Source of the DNA: Octopus vulgaris
Lineage: Eukaryota
Assembly: GCA_951406725.2 (NCBI GenBank)
Contig: OX597831.1
Span: 48,174,001-48,238,000, forward strand
Direction of reading: 5' to 3'
Length of the DNA stretch: 64,000 nucleotides
How positions within the stretch are numbered: the stretch's first letter is position 1; each line of letters starts with the position of its first letter. The translations under genes and the position numbers were made by a program. Below are positions 39,896 through 52,839 of this stretch, piece after piece. Below the pieces are notes generated by a model. That model was given only the letters and a program-made list of their open reading frames with translations. It made no database searches and was not told the DNA's origin.

Positions 39896-40925
39896 CAAAT
39901 CAAACCACAATCAAATGGAAATTGTAGTTGTGGCTGCTTCCAGTGTTGCCTGTCTGGCTCCCCATGCCGGTGGCACATAAAAAGCACCATCCAAATGTGG
40001 CCGATGCCAGCCCCCTCGACCCAACTGGCTCCCATACCGGTGGCATGTTAAAGCACCATCCCAACATGGTCGATGCCACCCTCCTCTGGCCCCTGTACTG
40101 GTAGCTCATAAAAAGCACCCACTACACTCTCGGAGTGGTTGGCGTTAGGAAGGGCATCCAGCTGTAGAAACACTGCCAAATCAGATTGGAGCCTGACGCA
40201 GCCTCCTGGCTTCCCTGACCCCAGTCGAACCATCCAACCCATGGAAAACAGACATTAAAAAATGATGATGATGAGGATGTACCTTTAGTAGAAAGCAAAG
40301 AGTTTTATAGTAGAATAAGAATGCTTTTGAATTTAGAAGTTTACTATTTTATTTATTCATTCAGTGATGAAGATATTTCTGCTAAATTTTACCGATGATA
40401 ATATATATTGTTTTATAACTGATTGTCAAAGTGTTATGGTTTAGTAAGTGAAGCTTATAATCTATCTCATACCAACCATTAATAATCTGTTAGAGCTCGT
40501 GCTTTTTTTTGCATCAATCTTCTTGTTCTTTTTCTTGTGATTTCTCTTCTACCACTGTCCTGATTTGAAAATTGAACAGAGCATGTGATCAGAGCCCAAA
40601 AATCATTTGGAGACAAGAGGTGTGTCACAAAAACATGCCTAGATCTGCATTTTCAAAACAAATGACTATTAATAGCTCCTATATTCATACTGTGTACATC
40701 AAATATTTATCTCTAACTTGGTAGAGAATTTTTGGTTGATCTTACTTTAACATAACAGTAAACTGTATATATGTGACTGTGTCCTAAGAAGCTTACTTCC
40801 CAACCACATGGTTCTGGGTTCAGTCCTGCTGCATAGCACCTTGGGCTAGTGTCTTCTATTATAGCCTTGGGCTGACCAAAGCCTTGTGAGTGGATTTGGT
40901 AGACGGAAACTGAAAGAAGCTCATC

Positions 40926-40967
<42 letters not shown>

Positions 40968-40970
<3 letters not shown>

Positions 40971-41092
40971 CAAAATAAGAAAATGGAGGAATAGATTCTT
41001 TTCAAACATCAACTTACAGATAATACCAATTCATTATTATCTGTAAGTTGATGATTGAAAGGAATCTATTCCTCCATTTTCTTATTTTGTAT
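40968..41092. repeat. 58-bp-arm inverted repeat at the start of a (TA)n-embedded insert
   Basis: 40968-41025 pairs with 41035-41092 (2 mismatches, 9-nt loop). Confidence 0.92.
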
Positions 41093-41264
41093 TATGAATT
41101 TGAGGTAAAACATTTTACCTTCGCCCATCTAATACAATAAATGAACTAACTGCATTGCAATTGTAAGCATTTATGTATTAGCCTTTTAGGTACTTCACTG
41201 GCAGTATATTGGATAACTGATATCCCATAGTGGGTTACACTCATAACCCCTATCTCACTTTGTA

Positions 41265-41310
<46 letters not shown>

Positions 41311-41670
41311 CATACATACATACATATATACATATATACATACATACATATATATGTACATATTTATGAGTGCATGTGTCTTTGTATCTGCATTTGTCTC
41401 TCATCACTGCTTCACAACCGGTGTTGGTGGGTTTACGTTTCCGTAACTTAGCAGCTCAGCAAAAGAGACTGATAGAGTAAGTACAAGGCTGAAAAAAAGT
41501 CCATGGGTCGATTTGTTCAGCTAAAACCCCTCAAGGTGATGCTCCAGCATGACCACAGTCAAATGACTGAAGCATGTAATAGAATATATATAAGTAAAAA
41601 AAATGAGGGAAATGGTGATGTTATGTGTCAGAAAATAGTAAGCATGAAGTAGTTTACAAATAATTAATTA

Positions 41671-41735
<65 letters not shown>

Positions 41736-41803
41736 TTGCTATTATGCACAAGTGCCATAAGTCCAAAATGTTGGTCTTTCAGAAAATGAAAAAAATGTTT
41801 CAC

Positions 41804-41904
41804 CATTCCATAGCAAAACCATTGTACTAGACTTCGACATGGTTTTGATATCTTGGCATCTGAAGCAGCTGGAGATACAAAAGTCTGACCAAAAAGACCA
41901 GCTA
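41804..41904 (-). other. Candidate exon, possibly 5'UTR plus start MSKSSTMVLLWN
   Basis: Acceptor tttttatttgcag; aaaccATG at 41840; only a weak donor (ATG|gtgaaa). No recognised homolog. Confidence 0.25.
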
Positions 41905-42001
41905 CTGCAAATAAAAATATATATTGAAAAAACCGCATTTGGCTAAATTTGGACATACGACAGTTTAACATAATAACAACAATATAAGGTCTACCTACGA
42001 A

Positions 42002-42770
42002 CATTACCATCAATAGCTAACCCCTAGAAGAAGTTGAATACTTCTCATACCTTGGGAGTGTTCTTTTGAAGACCCCCACATGTGAAAAGGATAGCCCATT
42101 CCACCTTCGGTAGACTCAACCAACATGTATTCTTCAATCACCCACTGACCATCTGGACAAAGATCATGGCCTTTAGTGTCATTGTCCTGTCATCTCTTCT
42201 CTATGCTTGTGAGAGTTGGACACTGTACTGCCATGACTTCAAGCACCTTGAATGATTCCAGCAATCCAAGCTACGACAGATCGTCAATATTCAATGGGAA
42301 GATCATATTACCAACAATGATGTTCTTCGCCATGCCTCACTACCGAGCGTCAAAGCTACCATTCTTCACCATCCTGTCCGCTGGGCAAGTCACATCCAGC
42401 ATCTGGAGCTCTCTCATCTCCTGAGGAGAAATTGCAATTGGAACAAGACGTGGAGGGGAGGGCGAAATTCCATTTTAAAGACCAGCTCAAATGGATCCTG
42501 GCTCAAACTAACATCCAGCCATCCTCACGAAAACAGATTGCCATGGTTAGGACATCCTGGAGGACTGCTGTCCACAATGGAGCCAGCTCCTTCAAGCAGA
42601 ACAGACAGCAGAATGAGGAGGTAAAACACAGGACAAGAAAGGAACGTCTTCAACATCCTCGATCCGCACTGACCATCCTGTGCGAATTCTGCCCGTGACT
42701 CTTTCACCACCGACTTGGACTCCAAAATCACATTTGGCATAAACATCTGCCGGGGAGACTGGATGGAGAC
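42002..42770 (+). mobile_element. RTE-BovB-like LINE, decayed 3' ORF fragment
   Basis: PLEEVEYFSYLGS, AHSTFGRL, TKIMAF..VLSSLLYACESWTLY, IQWEDHITNNDVL and FKDQLK motifs, with stops and frameshifts. Confidence 0.88.
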
Positions 42771-42917
42771 TGACAAACCCAATACTTGGATGTGAGCTGG
42801 AGTCATGATCATCAATTGTATGATAGTGATTATGTAATGAAAGACCAATGTGTATCTCGTTATAACCCAAGTGAACAAAGAAATATGAGCACATATATAT
42901 ATGTATATATATATACA

Positions 42918-42981
<64 letters not shown>

Positions 42982-42985
42982 CATC

Positions 42986-43106
<121 letters not shown>

Positions 43107-44497
43107 CATAGTGTCAACTAGACTATTAGATGTTATCGCACATCACCGGACACAATGCGCTTTGCATTGTTTTAGCGCTCAGTGCCATCTCACTGGTTAG
43201 GCAAGCAGACCAAACATTCCCCTAGTCAGAAAACCGGTCTGGCAGCTGAGTGGACAGGAACAATGTGAAATGGGGTGTTTTGCTCAAAAACACAATGTGC
43301 TGCCTGGTCCAGGAAATAAACCCACTCTCTGGCGATCATGAGTGTAATAACCTTACAATTAGGCCACATGCCCTCATACATATATACATACATACATAGG
43401 TGTGTGTGTGTGTATGTGTATGCTGTATACTGACTGTCCATTCATGGTGAGGTGTATGCTTTTACGGAAAATCAAAGTGGTGGGGTTGAGAAAGAAGAGG
43501 GATACATTTGATAATGCATTTCTAGCTGAATAAAAATTGCAAAAAGTCAAACAAAATGTTTATAACTATCAAACACTAGCAAGACATGCTTCATCCAATT
43601 TATGAGCTTTATATATCATGTGACTCAGTCGAATAGTCAGGTGATCACAACTATTCAACATGGTTGACAGTTTAAAGCAAAGTCCTTGATTTTTGGAGGT
43701 TTTTTTTTGTTTTAATTATAGAAATTTTTCTGGTGGTAAATGATCTCTTGTGTCTGAAGTTTTGCGGTAGAATGGTTTGATCATTGAATTGAACATTTTA
43801 TAGGATTTGTTCTTCTAGCCGTCTGTGCTATGAGTTAAAATCCCATCAAGGTCAACTTTGCCTTCATGCTTTCAAGGTTGATTAATACTGTATTGGTCTG
43901 AAGTTGATTCTTCTCCTCTTTCTCTGCCTGCCTGTGTGCTTGCCTGCACGACTGTCTATCTGTATGTCTGCCTGTCTGTTTGTCAGTCTGTCACTCTCCC
44001 ACCTCTCTCTCTGTCGTCTGTCTGTTACTCTCTCTCTCTCTCTCTCTCTCTCTCGCTCTCTCTCTGGATTCTATCTATAACTGAAAGGTCCAGGCTTATC
44101 ACATTATATCATGCTAATCTATCCTGAGAACTGAGTTAAGCCTTTTATGTGACTGTCCATTGCATGGTCAAGTATTTCTTTGCAGTGAGAAAGCTTGAGC
44201 ATCTAAACAACCTTGAGAACTACACCTGTAGAGTACAAACTGCTGGTAAGAGCCCCCAATTCTAGACAGATCAAAGAACTGAGACCAGACTAATATTAAT
44301 CTAATCCTACTTCCTCAGTATGTTACTTTCTGCAGTTCCCTCCTGCAAGCCTTCTCCACAGTCATCAACTGACAACAGCTCAAGCAGAACATTGCTAAAA
44401 AGCCAAAAACCTTATTTCAGCAATTGCAGGAGGAAATTCCAGATATATTTTGGTCTTACTTGATCATCTCAGCATAGCATATATTTCATATTCAATA

Positions 44498-45570
44498 TAT
44501 TAAACATTGAACAAAGCAGCGAGCCAGCAGAACTATTAGTATGTCTGGGTGAAAAGCTTAGCTGCATTTTGTCTGTCTTTACGTTCTGAGTTCAAATTCC
44601 GCTGAGGTTGGCTTTGCCTTTCATTTTATGGGGTTAATAAATTAAGTACCAGTTGCATACTGGGGTCGATTTAATTCACTGCACCCTCCCCCAAAATTTC
44701 AGGCCTTGTGCCTAGAGTTGAAAAGAATATATTAACATTGAATGTTAGCACGCCAGGCAAAATGCTTAGCGGTATTTCGTCTGTCTTTACATTCTGAGTT
44801 CAAATTCTGCCGAGGTTGACGTTGCCTTTCATCCTTTAGGGGTTGATAAATTAAGCACTAGTTGGGCACTGGGGTCGATCTAACCGACTGTTCCCAACTC
44901 CCAAAACATTTCGGGCCTTGTGTGTAGAGTAGAAGAGAATATATTAACATTGACTCTAAGGTGATGAGCGGACAAAATTCTTAGTAGCATTTCGTCTGTC
45001 TTCATGTCATGAGTTCAAATTCCATTGAAGTCGACTTTGCATTTCATCCTTTTGTGGCCGATAAAATAAGTAGCAATTGATCACTAGGGTCGTTGTAATC
45101 GACTTACCTGCCCCCCTGAACTTGCTGGCCTTGTGCCTAAAGTTGAAACAAATATTTTACCAATGACTCTAAGACGTCAAGCATACCAGAAAAAGAGCTT
45201 AGCAGCATTTCGCTTGTCTTTACATTCTGAGTTCAAACTCTGCTGAGGTCAACTTTGCCAGTAAATACCAGTTGAGCACTTGGGTCGATGTAATCAACTC
45301 ACCCACTTCCTCCGAAATTGCTGGCCTCGTGCCAAAATTTGAAACTAATATTTCAGTATTGACTCTAAGACATCGAGCTGGCAGAATCATTAGTTTAGCC
45401 GCATTTCATCTGTCTTTATGTCCTGAGTTGAAATTCTGCCAGGCTTGACTTTGCCTTTCATCTTTTCGAGGTCGATAAAATAAGTACTAGATGAACCCTG
45501 TGGTCGATTTAATCGACTTTTTCCCCACCCCCACTCCAACCTTCTGGCCTTGTACCAAAATTTGAAACAG
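44498..45570 (+). repeat. Five-unit tandem array of SINE family B plus flank
   Basis: Five ~200-bp units, each with gagttcaaattc..gactttgcc..ggtcgat..ggccttgtg and each preceded by atattaacattga(ctctaag). Confidence 0.9.
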
Positions 45571-45584
45571 TGACTGATTTAACT

Positions 45585-45740
45585 GTTGTTTTCTCGCGCA
45601 GATCGCGACTCTGAGATGCATTTTCTTGAGTAATTTATTCTCATTCGATATAAACTTACAAATACTTTTCAGGGTTGGCACAACAAAAAAGGGAAGGGAG
45701 ATACGCTCGGCGCAAACGGAGAAATCTATATCAAACGATA
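45585..45740. promoter_or_regulatory. Candidate CpG-rich promoter / first exon
   Basis: Unique sequence with a local CpG excess and TCTCGCGCAGATCGCGA (TCTCGCGAGA-like). The minus strand has a pyrimidine tract ctcccttccctttttt followed ~40 nt later by GTAAGT. Confidence 0.45.
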
Positions 45741-46915
45741 TAGGCACAGACATGACTGCGTTGTTAAAGAAGCCCACATTATGTCTATAATTCAGTGGTT
45801 CAGCGCAACAGATCAATAGAATAATACCGGATTTAAAAACATTAATACTGGGATCGATTCGATCGACTAAGCCCTTCAAGGCCGATGCCCCACACGGCTG
45901 CAGTACAATGAACGAAAGAAAAGATAAAAGATATGTGAAATTAAGTGAAGCCTAGCAACAAGTCTAGTGTTTACATTTATAACATTTACATAGTAAATAA
46001 AAATAATTTATGAAGAGTAGCCTCCCTTATACTATTTATAGATACTAGGGTTATCTCCCTTAACAAGCTTCTGTTATAGATTGTGACTATCTGGAATTAG
46101 GAATTTCCTGTATTAATTAACTACCGTTCCTTACGTTGCCAGTGTTGTTTAGCCCAAGGTCAATCTAGATTGAGCAGACCTATAATGAGTGATGCTTCAG
46201 CAGTAATCACTCAGTTCTCCTTTTTTTTCCCGGTTGTATGAGTAGTACTACATTATCTAAGGCAAACTACTTATTTAAGATGGTTTTTAGCCCCTGGTCT
46301 GACTGATTGAGCAGGCCAATATTCAAAGATGTCCCACCCCATAACATTTATACATACATATATATATATATATATAGGTGAAATCACTAGTGCTTTGGCT
46401 ATGCCCAAGATGCTGTAGGAACCCTGCCTCCCCTTATCAGTCATAAGATAAGTGGTTTCTCATGGCTATGAGTTTTTTTGACTCTTATTTCTAGCAATGC
46501 AGGTACCAACTAGTACCCTTAATCAATTTAGTGACATCTATACTTCTGACTTTTAGTTGTAAATTGCGAATAAGCCACCTTTATTATATATACATACATA
46601 CATACATCATCATCATCATCTTTTAGCGTCCGCTTTCCATGCTAGCATGGGTCGGACGGTTCAGCTGGGGTCTGGGAAGCCAGAAGGCAGTGCCAGGCCC
46701 AGTCTGATCTGGCAATGTTTCTACAGCTGGATGCCCTTCCTAACGCCAACCACTCTGTGAGTGTTGTGGGTGCTTTTTACGTGCCACTTGTACAGGTGCC
46801 AGACGAGCTGGCAAATGGCCATGATCGGATGGTGCTTTTTACGTGCCACTGGCACAGAGGCCATGCAAGGCTGGCAACGGCCACGATTGGATGGTGCTTT
46901 TTATGTGCCACTGGG

Positions 46916-46946
<31 letters not shown>

Positions 46947-47091
46947 TGTATGTATGTATAGATATATATGTGTATATATGTGTATATATATGCATATATG
47001 TATATATATATATGTGTGTATATATGTATGTAAATATATATATGTATATGTATATATGTATATGAATATATATATATATATATGAATATAC

Positions 47092-47141
<50 letters not shown>

Positions 47142-47173
47142 TATACATATATACATATATACATATATATACA

Positions 47174-47204
<31 letters not shown>

Positions 47205-47233
47205 GAATATACATATGTATGTATATGAATATG

Positions 47234-47283
<50 letters not shown>

Positions 47284-47317
47284 CATACATATGTATACAT
47301 ACATATACACATATATA

Positions 47318-47358
<41 letters not shown>

Positions 47359-48392
47359 TTGCATTATTTATATTCTTAAAACAGTGGTATATAATTTAAA
47401 AGAGGTTTGACTGCTGCTATTTCTAACAAGCCAATCGTCTGTATAAAGAGTCCTCTTCATTTAAGCAAGGTGGTTTGGAAATGAACGTCTCCCTCACCTC
47501 ATTCCCTTTCTTTCCTGGTGTCACACATCCATAAAAAAACTATCTAACAATAAAGCGAAAATGCTTACAAAATTTAATCACAATTGAGTGTAATATGAAA
47601 TATGCTGATGTTGATTATTGACTTATATTATTTCTTGTTTTTTGTTTTTTGTCACCATATAATTATTTCTAATTAACATTTTATCATTTCCTCAGTAAAT
47701 ATGATAACGCTGAACAATGCTATTGTTTTTCCATGTGGATCACGCCTCTGTAATTCCTTATGTTTTGTTTGTTCCTTCTCGAGCCATGCCTGGCTCATAA
47801 GGGCCGGTTTCCCTGTTTCCTTGGCATATAGGTTCCTCACCTGGATGGGACGCCGGTTCATCGCATGTGAGCTGCAAGGTGCAGGAGGAAAGAGTGAGAG
47901 AAAGTTGTGGCGAAAGAGTCAGCAGAAGTTCACCATTACCTACTTCTAGAGCCGTGTGGAGCTTAGGTGTTTCGCTCATAAACACACACATCACCTGGTC
48001 TGAGATTTGAACCTGTGATCCCTCGACTGCGAGTCCGCTGCTCTAACCACTAGGCCATGTGGCTCCACAATTCGTTTATGAACATTTTACTTGTGTATCA
48101 TATATGTCTATTTAATCATAGAATAGGGACTGGCAAGCATGGCTATGTGATAGAACATTTACTTCCTAGCCAAGTGTCTACTGCCATGGCCCTGGGCTGA
48201 TCAAAACCTTGAGAGTGAGTTTGGTACACAGAAACTAAAATAAGCCTATTGCGAAGGTCATTTCTTATATTTTCAGTTACTCACTCAATCAATTGATAAA
48301 ATTGAACCATGAATTCACCCAAATGCATATCTGAAACAGCTGTAAGCCTATAATAAATGAATATGTATATATGTATCTGTGCATGCACAATG

Positions 48393-48808
48393 CATCCTGG
48401 ATTAACCATTAAGCAAACTAAGCACATGCTTAGAACATCAAGGGAAGGCAGGGGCACCACAGAAATGGTAAATGGTTTACAGCACAAAAGAAATCACTTT
48501 AAACTTGTTAAAATAATATCCAGGATGCTACAAAGTATAGATGCAGGTGTGTTGCCTAAGATTAATTTTAAGGATCTGATCAAAGACTTTGCAATTCAAA
48601 AAAGTAGGAGGAAACTTTTCAAATATAAATAAAGTGAAAGTATACGAAAATAAACCTTATTTTCCCTCTTACTGTTTTGTTTTGTTTTGAAAAATAATAA
48701 TTTATTTTAAGGTTTCTCATTGTTTCTATTTTGAATTACATAATCTTTTACGGGGGTGCCAAAATCTTTTAAGTGCTCAGGGCCTTGATGGGTCTTAATC
48801 CGGCCCTT
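48393..48808. mobile_element. Degenerate hAT-like non-autonomous element
   Basis: Ends catcctggattaacc ... cttaatccggccct, resembling CAGGGCCGGATTAA-type TIRs. Confidence 0.5.
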
Positions 48809-49360
48809 CATACATTCATGTGTATGTGTGTTACCAGTCTCATTCTTTTGACATTGTTTGGTAGTTGACAGTGAATGTCACTGTCATACAGTGACTGTCA
48901 TTTCCAATCTTCTGAGCCATGTCTGATCATGGAGAAATACTGGTCTCAAATTTTGGCACAAGAGCTGCAAGTTCATGGAAGGGATAAGCTGATAACGTTG
49001 ACAACCCATCCACCAGAGCTCACTTGGTACCTATTTTATCGACCCCAAAAGGATGAAAGGCAAAGTCAACCTCAGCAGAATTTGAATTCAGAACGTGATG
49101 ACAGACAAACTGCCTCTAAGCATTTTGCCCAGACATACTAATGGTTCTACCAGCTCAACACCATCATGGAGAAATATTAGCTTGCTTTCAAACAGGTGAG
49201 GCTTGGTCACCACAAGAAGGGCATTTGACCATAGAGAATCTGTCAACAAATTTCATCCAACCCATGTCAGCCATAGTAAAGTGGACATTAGAACAATGAT
49301 GACAGCATCAATGACAATGAAAAATACGATGATGACAATGACAATGACAACGACGACAAC

Positions 49361-49391
<31 letters not shown>

Positions 49392-50137
49392 AATTTCTCA
49401 TCACTACTTTACCAAGTATAGAGAAGGTTCACTATCTGGAATTCCACCCATTCATTCATTTATCCACCCATACTTCCATCCATCCATTTTCATAGTGCCT
49501 TATTCCTGTAAAGATCATGGGAGCAGAGTCCTCAAGAGAAGCCCACCTGAGGATCCTATCAGAAGCAACTGTCAGCAAATGTTCTAATTGGATCCACAGG
49601 CAAAACCCAGCTGAAAGGGTATGTTCTACCCTTGCTGGAATAATCATAAAAAAATGTTGCCAAAGATTAAATATTGTCTTTACATCTCAATACACAATTA
49701 TTTCTGATTAGATTTTTAATGTTCCCTACATTTAATATTATAAAATTAATTTAATCATAAACTGTATCGATTGATTGACTGATTAGAGTGTATGATTATT
49801 TATAAATTTTTCATGATTTATAATATGTACATAGCTATCAGACCTCGCACAAACGTGTATGTGTACATCTACCCATAGATTTTTATAGATATTGCACACT
49901 TCAAAAGACTTTTGGTTTATTTTAATGATTAAATATATTTTTATGAGCAGAAGGTCTCAGATTTAAAATTTTTAATGATATTTTATGATCAGTATTTATT
50001 GAACAATAGTATCATTGGTTAAATCTTTCTCTTTGGCTAATCATCACTTATTTACTGCATTTCTGATGGTTGTGCTAGGGACAAGGGAGTATCCTTTTAC
50101 AACACTATCTAGACGTTATTGTTTCAATATATATTAA

Positions 50138-50370
50138 GGCGGCGAGCTGGCAGAAATGTTAGCACGCCGGGCGAAATGCTCAACAGTATTTCACCTGTTG
50201 CTACATTCTGAGTTCAAATTCCGCTGAGGTCGACTTTGCCTTTCATCCTGTCGGGGTTGATAAATTAAGTACCAGTTACACACTGGGGTCGACGTAATCG
50301 ACTTAATCCGCTTGTCTGTCCTTGTTTGTCTCCTCTGTGTTTAGCCCCTTCTGGGTAGTAAAGAAATATA
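50138..50370 (+). mobile_element. SINE family B, full length
   Basis: ggcggcgagctggcagaaatgttagcacgccggg...gggtagtaaagaaata. Confidence 0.9.
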
Positions 50371-50899
50371 TATTGGTTTATATATATATAAACATGAAGC
50401 AAAGTGTGTGTTTGTACATCATCATCATCATCGTCGTTGTCATTTAGTATCCATTTTCCATACTGGCATGGGTTAGACAGTTTGACTGGAACTGGTAATC
50501 TGGACAGATGTACCAGGTTCCAGTCTGGTTTGATTTGGTTTGGTTTCTATGGCTAGATACTGAATTACGACAACTTTAACATAAAATAACTTCATAAATA
50601 GAAACTTTTCTCAAAAATGTTAAGAGTAAAAGATGTTTTATATGACACATTCTACCAGTGTCCAAAGTTTGAAAGTGTTAAGTTACAAAAAATTAATTTC
50701 TCGATCTGCTGTTCAAAGGGAAAATATCCATGATACATACTATATTACAATAGATTTTAATCCCTCAACAACTTATCAGCTTGGCTCAATATCTTTCTAA
50801 CTTCTCTTACAGTTTTTCCAATGTTTTCCATGGTCTTTCACTATTATACATAAATACATTATTTAGTTAATCCATTTCTCACTATATTTGTAAGTAGTA

Positions 50900-51238
50900 G
50901 GGGGCTTTGAAAGGGGTCTCAGGGAGTAGAGTCCCTGCCTTCCTGAGCTAGTTTCCCATCATATTTCTTAAAAATCGTGGTAGATGCCTTGGTCTCAGGA
51001 CCACTCATGTCTAGAAACTGAGGTTGGTGGGTAAGCAAGGGCATGCTCCCTGTAGAAAATCCAGCTCCAAAAAAGCCTCATGATAGCAAAGGAGAATGGG
51101 CACCAGTCAACCCGAAGGTTGGGGTGGGCTGCACCTGCCTACGTCAGTTGCTATGGCATTGAGGTAGATCTAGCCACCCCACGGTTAAAGGGGACAAAAC
51201 CCAGATTTAAAAAATTGGATGATGATGATGATGATGAT
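50900..51238 (+). mobile_element. Unclassified (GAT)n-tailed retroposon
   Basis: GC-richer block with gcaagggcatgctccctgtagaaa and a GAT tail. Confidence 0.5.
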
Positions 51239-51493
51239 TTCTGTTGAAATACAATTCCTTTGTCACAAATAGAAAAAAAATCAAGCAAAAACAAGAAGGA
51301 AAAAAAAGGACTACAAAATTATTTGGCGCCCCAGTATGGCCACAGTCTAATGACTGAAACAAGTAGAAGACTAATCATATTATTTCTTTCCTTTCATAAT
51401 GTCACACACTTAATCTGAAATATGTTTTCTTTTTCTTTCTAATTTCAGATTTATTTATATTTAGTGAAAGTATTATAAAACCAATATTCCTTA

Positions 51494-51591
51494 ATGTTGT
51501 GTAAAGTATTCAACCGCTGGGTGCCAGTAGCGAGGAACATGTTTTCTCGCTCTGTGACATCTTCAAAGCCAGGGCCTCTAAAATATATCAG
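51494..51591 (+). CDS. Candidate first coding exon (exon 51449-51591) of a mitochondrially targeted protein; partial
   Basis: Strong acceptor ttttctttttctttctaatttcag at 51448. ORF MLCKVFNRWVPVARNMFSRSVTSSKPGPLKYI(S/R) is R/K/S-rich with no acidic residues. It ends at a consensus GC donor CAG|GCAAGT. Confidence 0.5.
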
Positions 51592-51821
51592 GCAAGTACA
51601 TATATACATATATATATAAATACATATCTTTTAAATTTGTATACAGGAAACACTTTGAATATGCAAATAAAGCTCCTATTCTATTATGCCGGCCACTGTC
51701 TAAAGATGCTGACCAGTGAACCAGTTTTGGGGGTTGCATTGACTTGTATTGATATAATGTTGGATAAATATAATAATAATAATAACAATAATCCTTGGAT
51801 GGAATTTATAAAAATTTAATG

Positions 51822-51900
51822 CATCGCTATATGCCCATAGGCATATGAGCACAGGCTACTAACTCCAAGATTCCGAGTTCGATTCCAGGCAGTGACCTGA
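51822..51900 (+). mobile_element. Short tRNA-derived element with (AAT)n tail
   Basis: B box gagttcgattcc and arm aggctactaactcc; degenerate D arm; followed by aataataatag. Confidence 0.55.
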
Positions 51901-51923
51901 ATAATAATAGTAATAATAATAGA

Positions 51924-52077
51924 ATAGAAAGGATTGAGGTATCTCCTCCTGAAGATATAGAGTCAAAATTAAAAGTAGAGTGCAATTGTTATCTAGTGAA
52001 CGATATTTTGACTCTATATCTCTATATCTAAATTTTGACTCTACATCTTCAGGAGGAGTTACCTCAATCCTTTCTAT
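51924..52077. repeat. Inverted repeat within an (AAT)n-embedded PLE-type insert
   Basis: 51924-51970 pairs with 52031-52077; 51966-52009 also has an inverted copy at ~52144-52188. Confidence 0.88.
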
Positions 52078-52194
52078 ATTAACCAAAATGAAGTAGATTG
52101 ACAAATTTATTTTTTGAACCAGTTGAAGACACACATGATGTCGAAATATCATTCAATAGATAACAATGGCACTCTTCTTTTAATTTTAATAATG

Positions 52195-52247
<53 letters not shown>

Positions 52248-52304
52248 CACAACAACATTGAAAAATACCTAAGGAATGAGAACCCAGGTTTGAAATTTTC
52301 CCAA

Positions 52305-52350
52305 GACACCTGATGAAGACTGGAGGGTATATCAGCCGAAACATTGTGTT
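52305..52350 (+). ncRNA. Minimal type-I hammerhead motif (CTGATGA core), slightly decayed
   Basis: gacac-CTGATGA-a-gactg gagggtatat cagcc-GAAA-ca-TT-gtgtt; stem I gacac/gtgtt. Confidence 0.7.
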
Positions 52351-52420
52351 AACAACAAACAAGATGAGGACAAATATCTGTTAAATGTAAACAATATAAA
52401 TAATGTAAATAATCACTACA

Positions 52421-52673
52421 TGTGTTTCCACAAATCACATGTCTCTTAAGATCACACTCCGTATTCCTGGAATAATTACAGTAGAGTCTGTAGCATCCAT
52501 GGGCATCGGATAGATCATCTTCGTGTATTCATTTCTTCAGGTGATATAACATTAATGGATGTCCACTAGAGGGATGTTTATCCCTCTTGACCATGAAAAT
52601 GATCTATTCGATGACCACTGATACTACTGACTACACTGTAATCATTCAGACATGTGATTTGTGAAAATGCACA
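52421..52673. mobile_element. Degenerate foldback MITE
   Basis: cacaaatcacatgtct / agacatgtgatttgtg, plus inner arms aattacagtagagtctgtagcatc..catcggatagatcat / atgatctattcgatg..gatactactgactacactgtaat. Confidence 0.75.
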
Positions 52674-52839
52674 TAGCAATGCATTAGATGTTTACAAATT
52701 CTATCCAAACATTATTGTTATTATTACAATATATATATATGCATGTATATGCACACCCAAACACTACAGCACTCATTTTTAAAACAATTCGAATATTAAC
52801 ACCAGTCATACAGAATACATTCACACTCTTTGATTTTCC

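Noticed and set aside
44186-44245. Possible plus-strand exon (V)RKLEHLNNLENYTCRVQTA with ttgcag/gtaaga
   Set aside because: Splice-like ends and an Ig-like YTC, but no partner exons or recognisable homolog; chance cannot be excluded.
44314-44368. Minus-strand TGATGA...CTGA as a C/D snoRNA
   Set aside because: Too short (~55 nt), no terminal stem and no recognisable rRNA antisense element.
45487-45879. 130-aa minus-strand ORF over the candidate promoter
   Set aside because: Starts and ends in SINE sequence; no recognisable domain.
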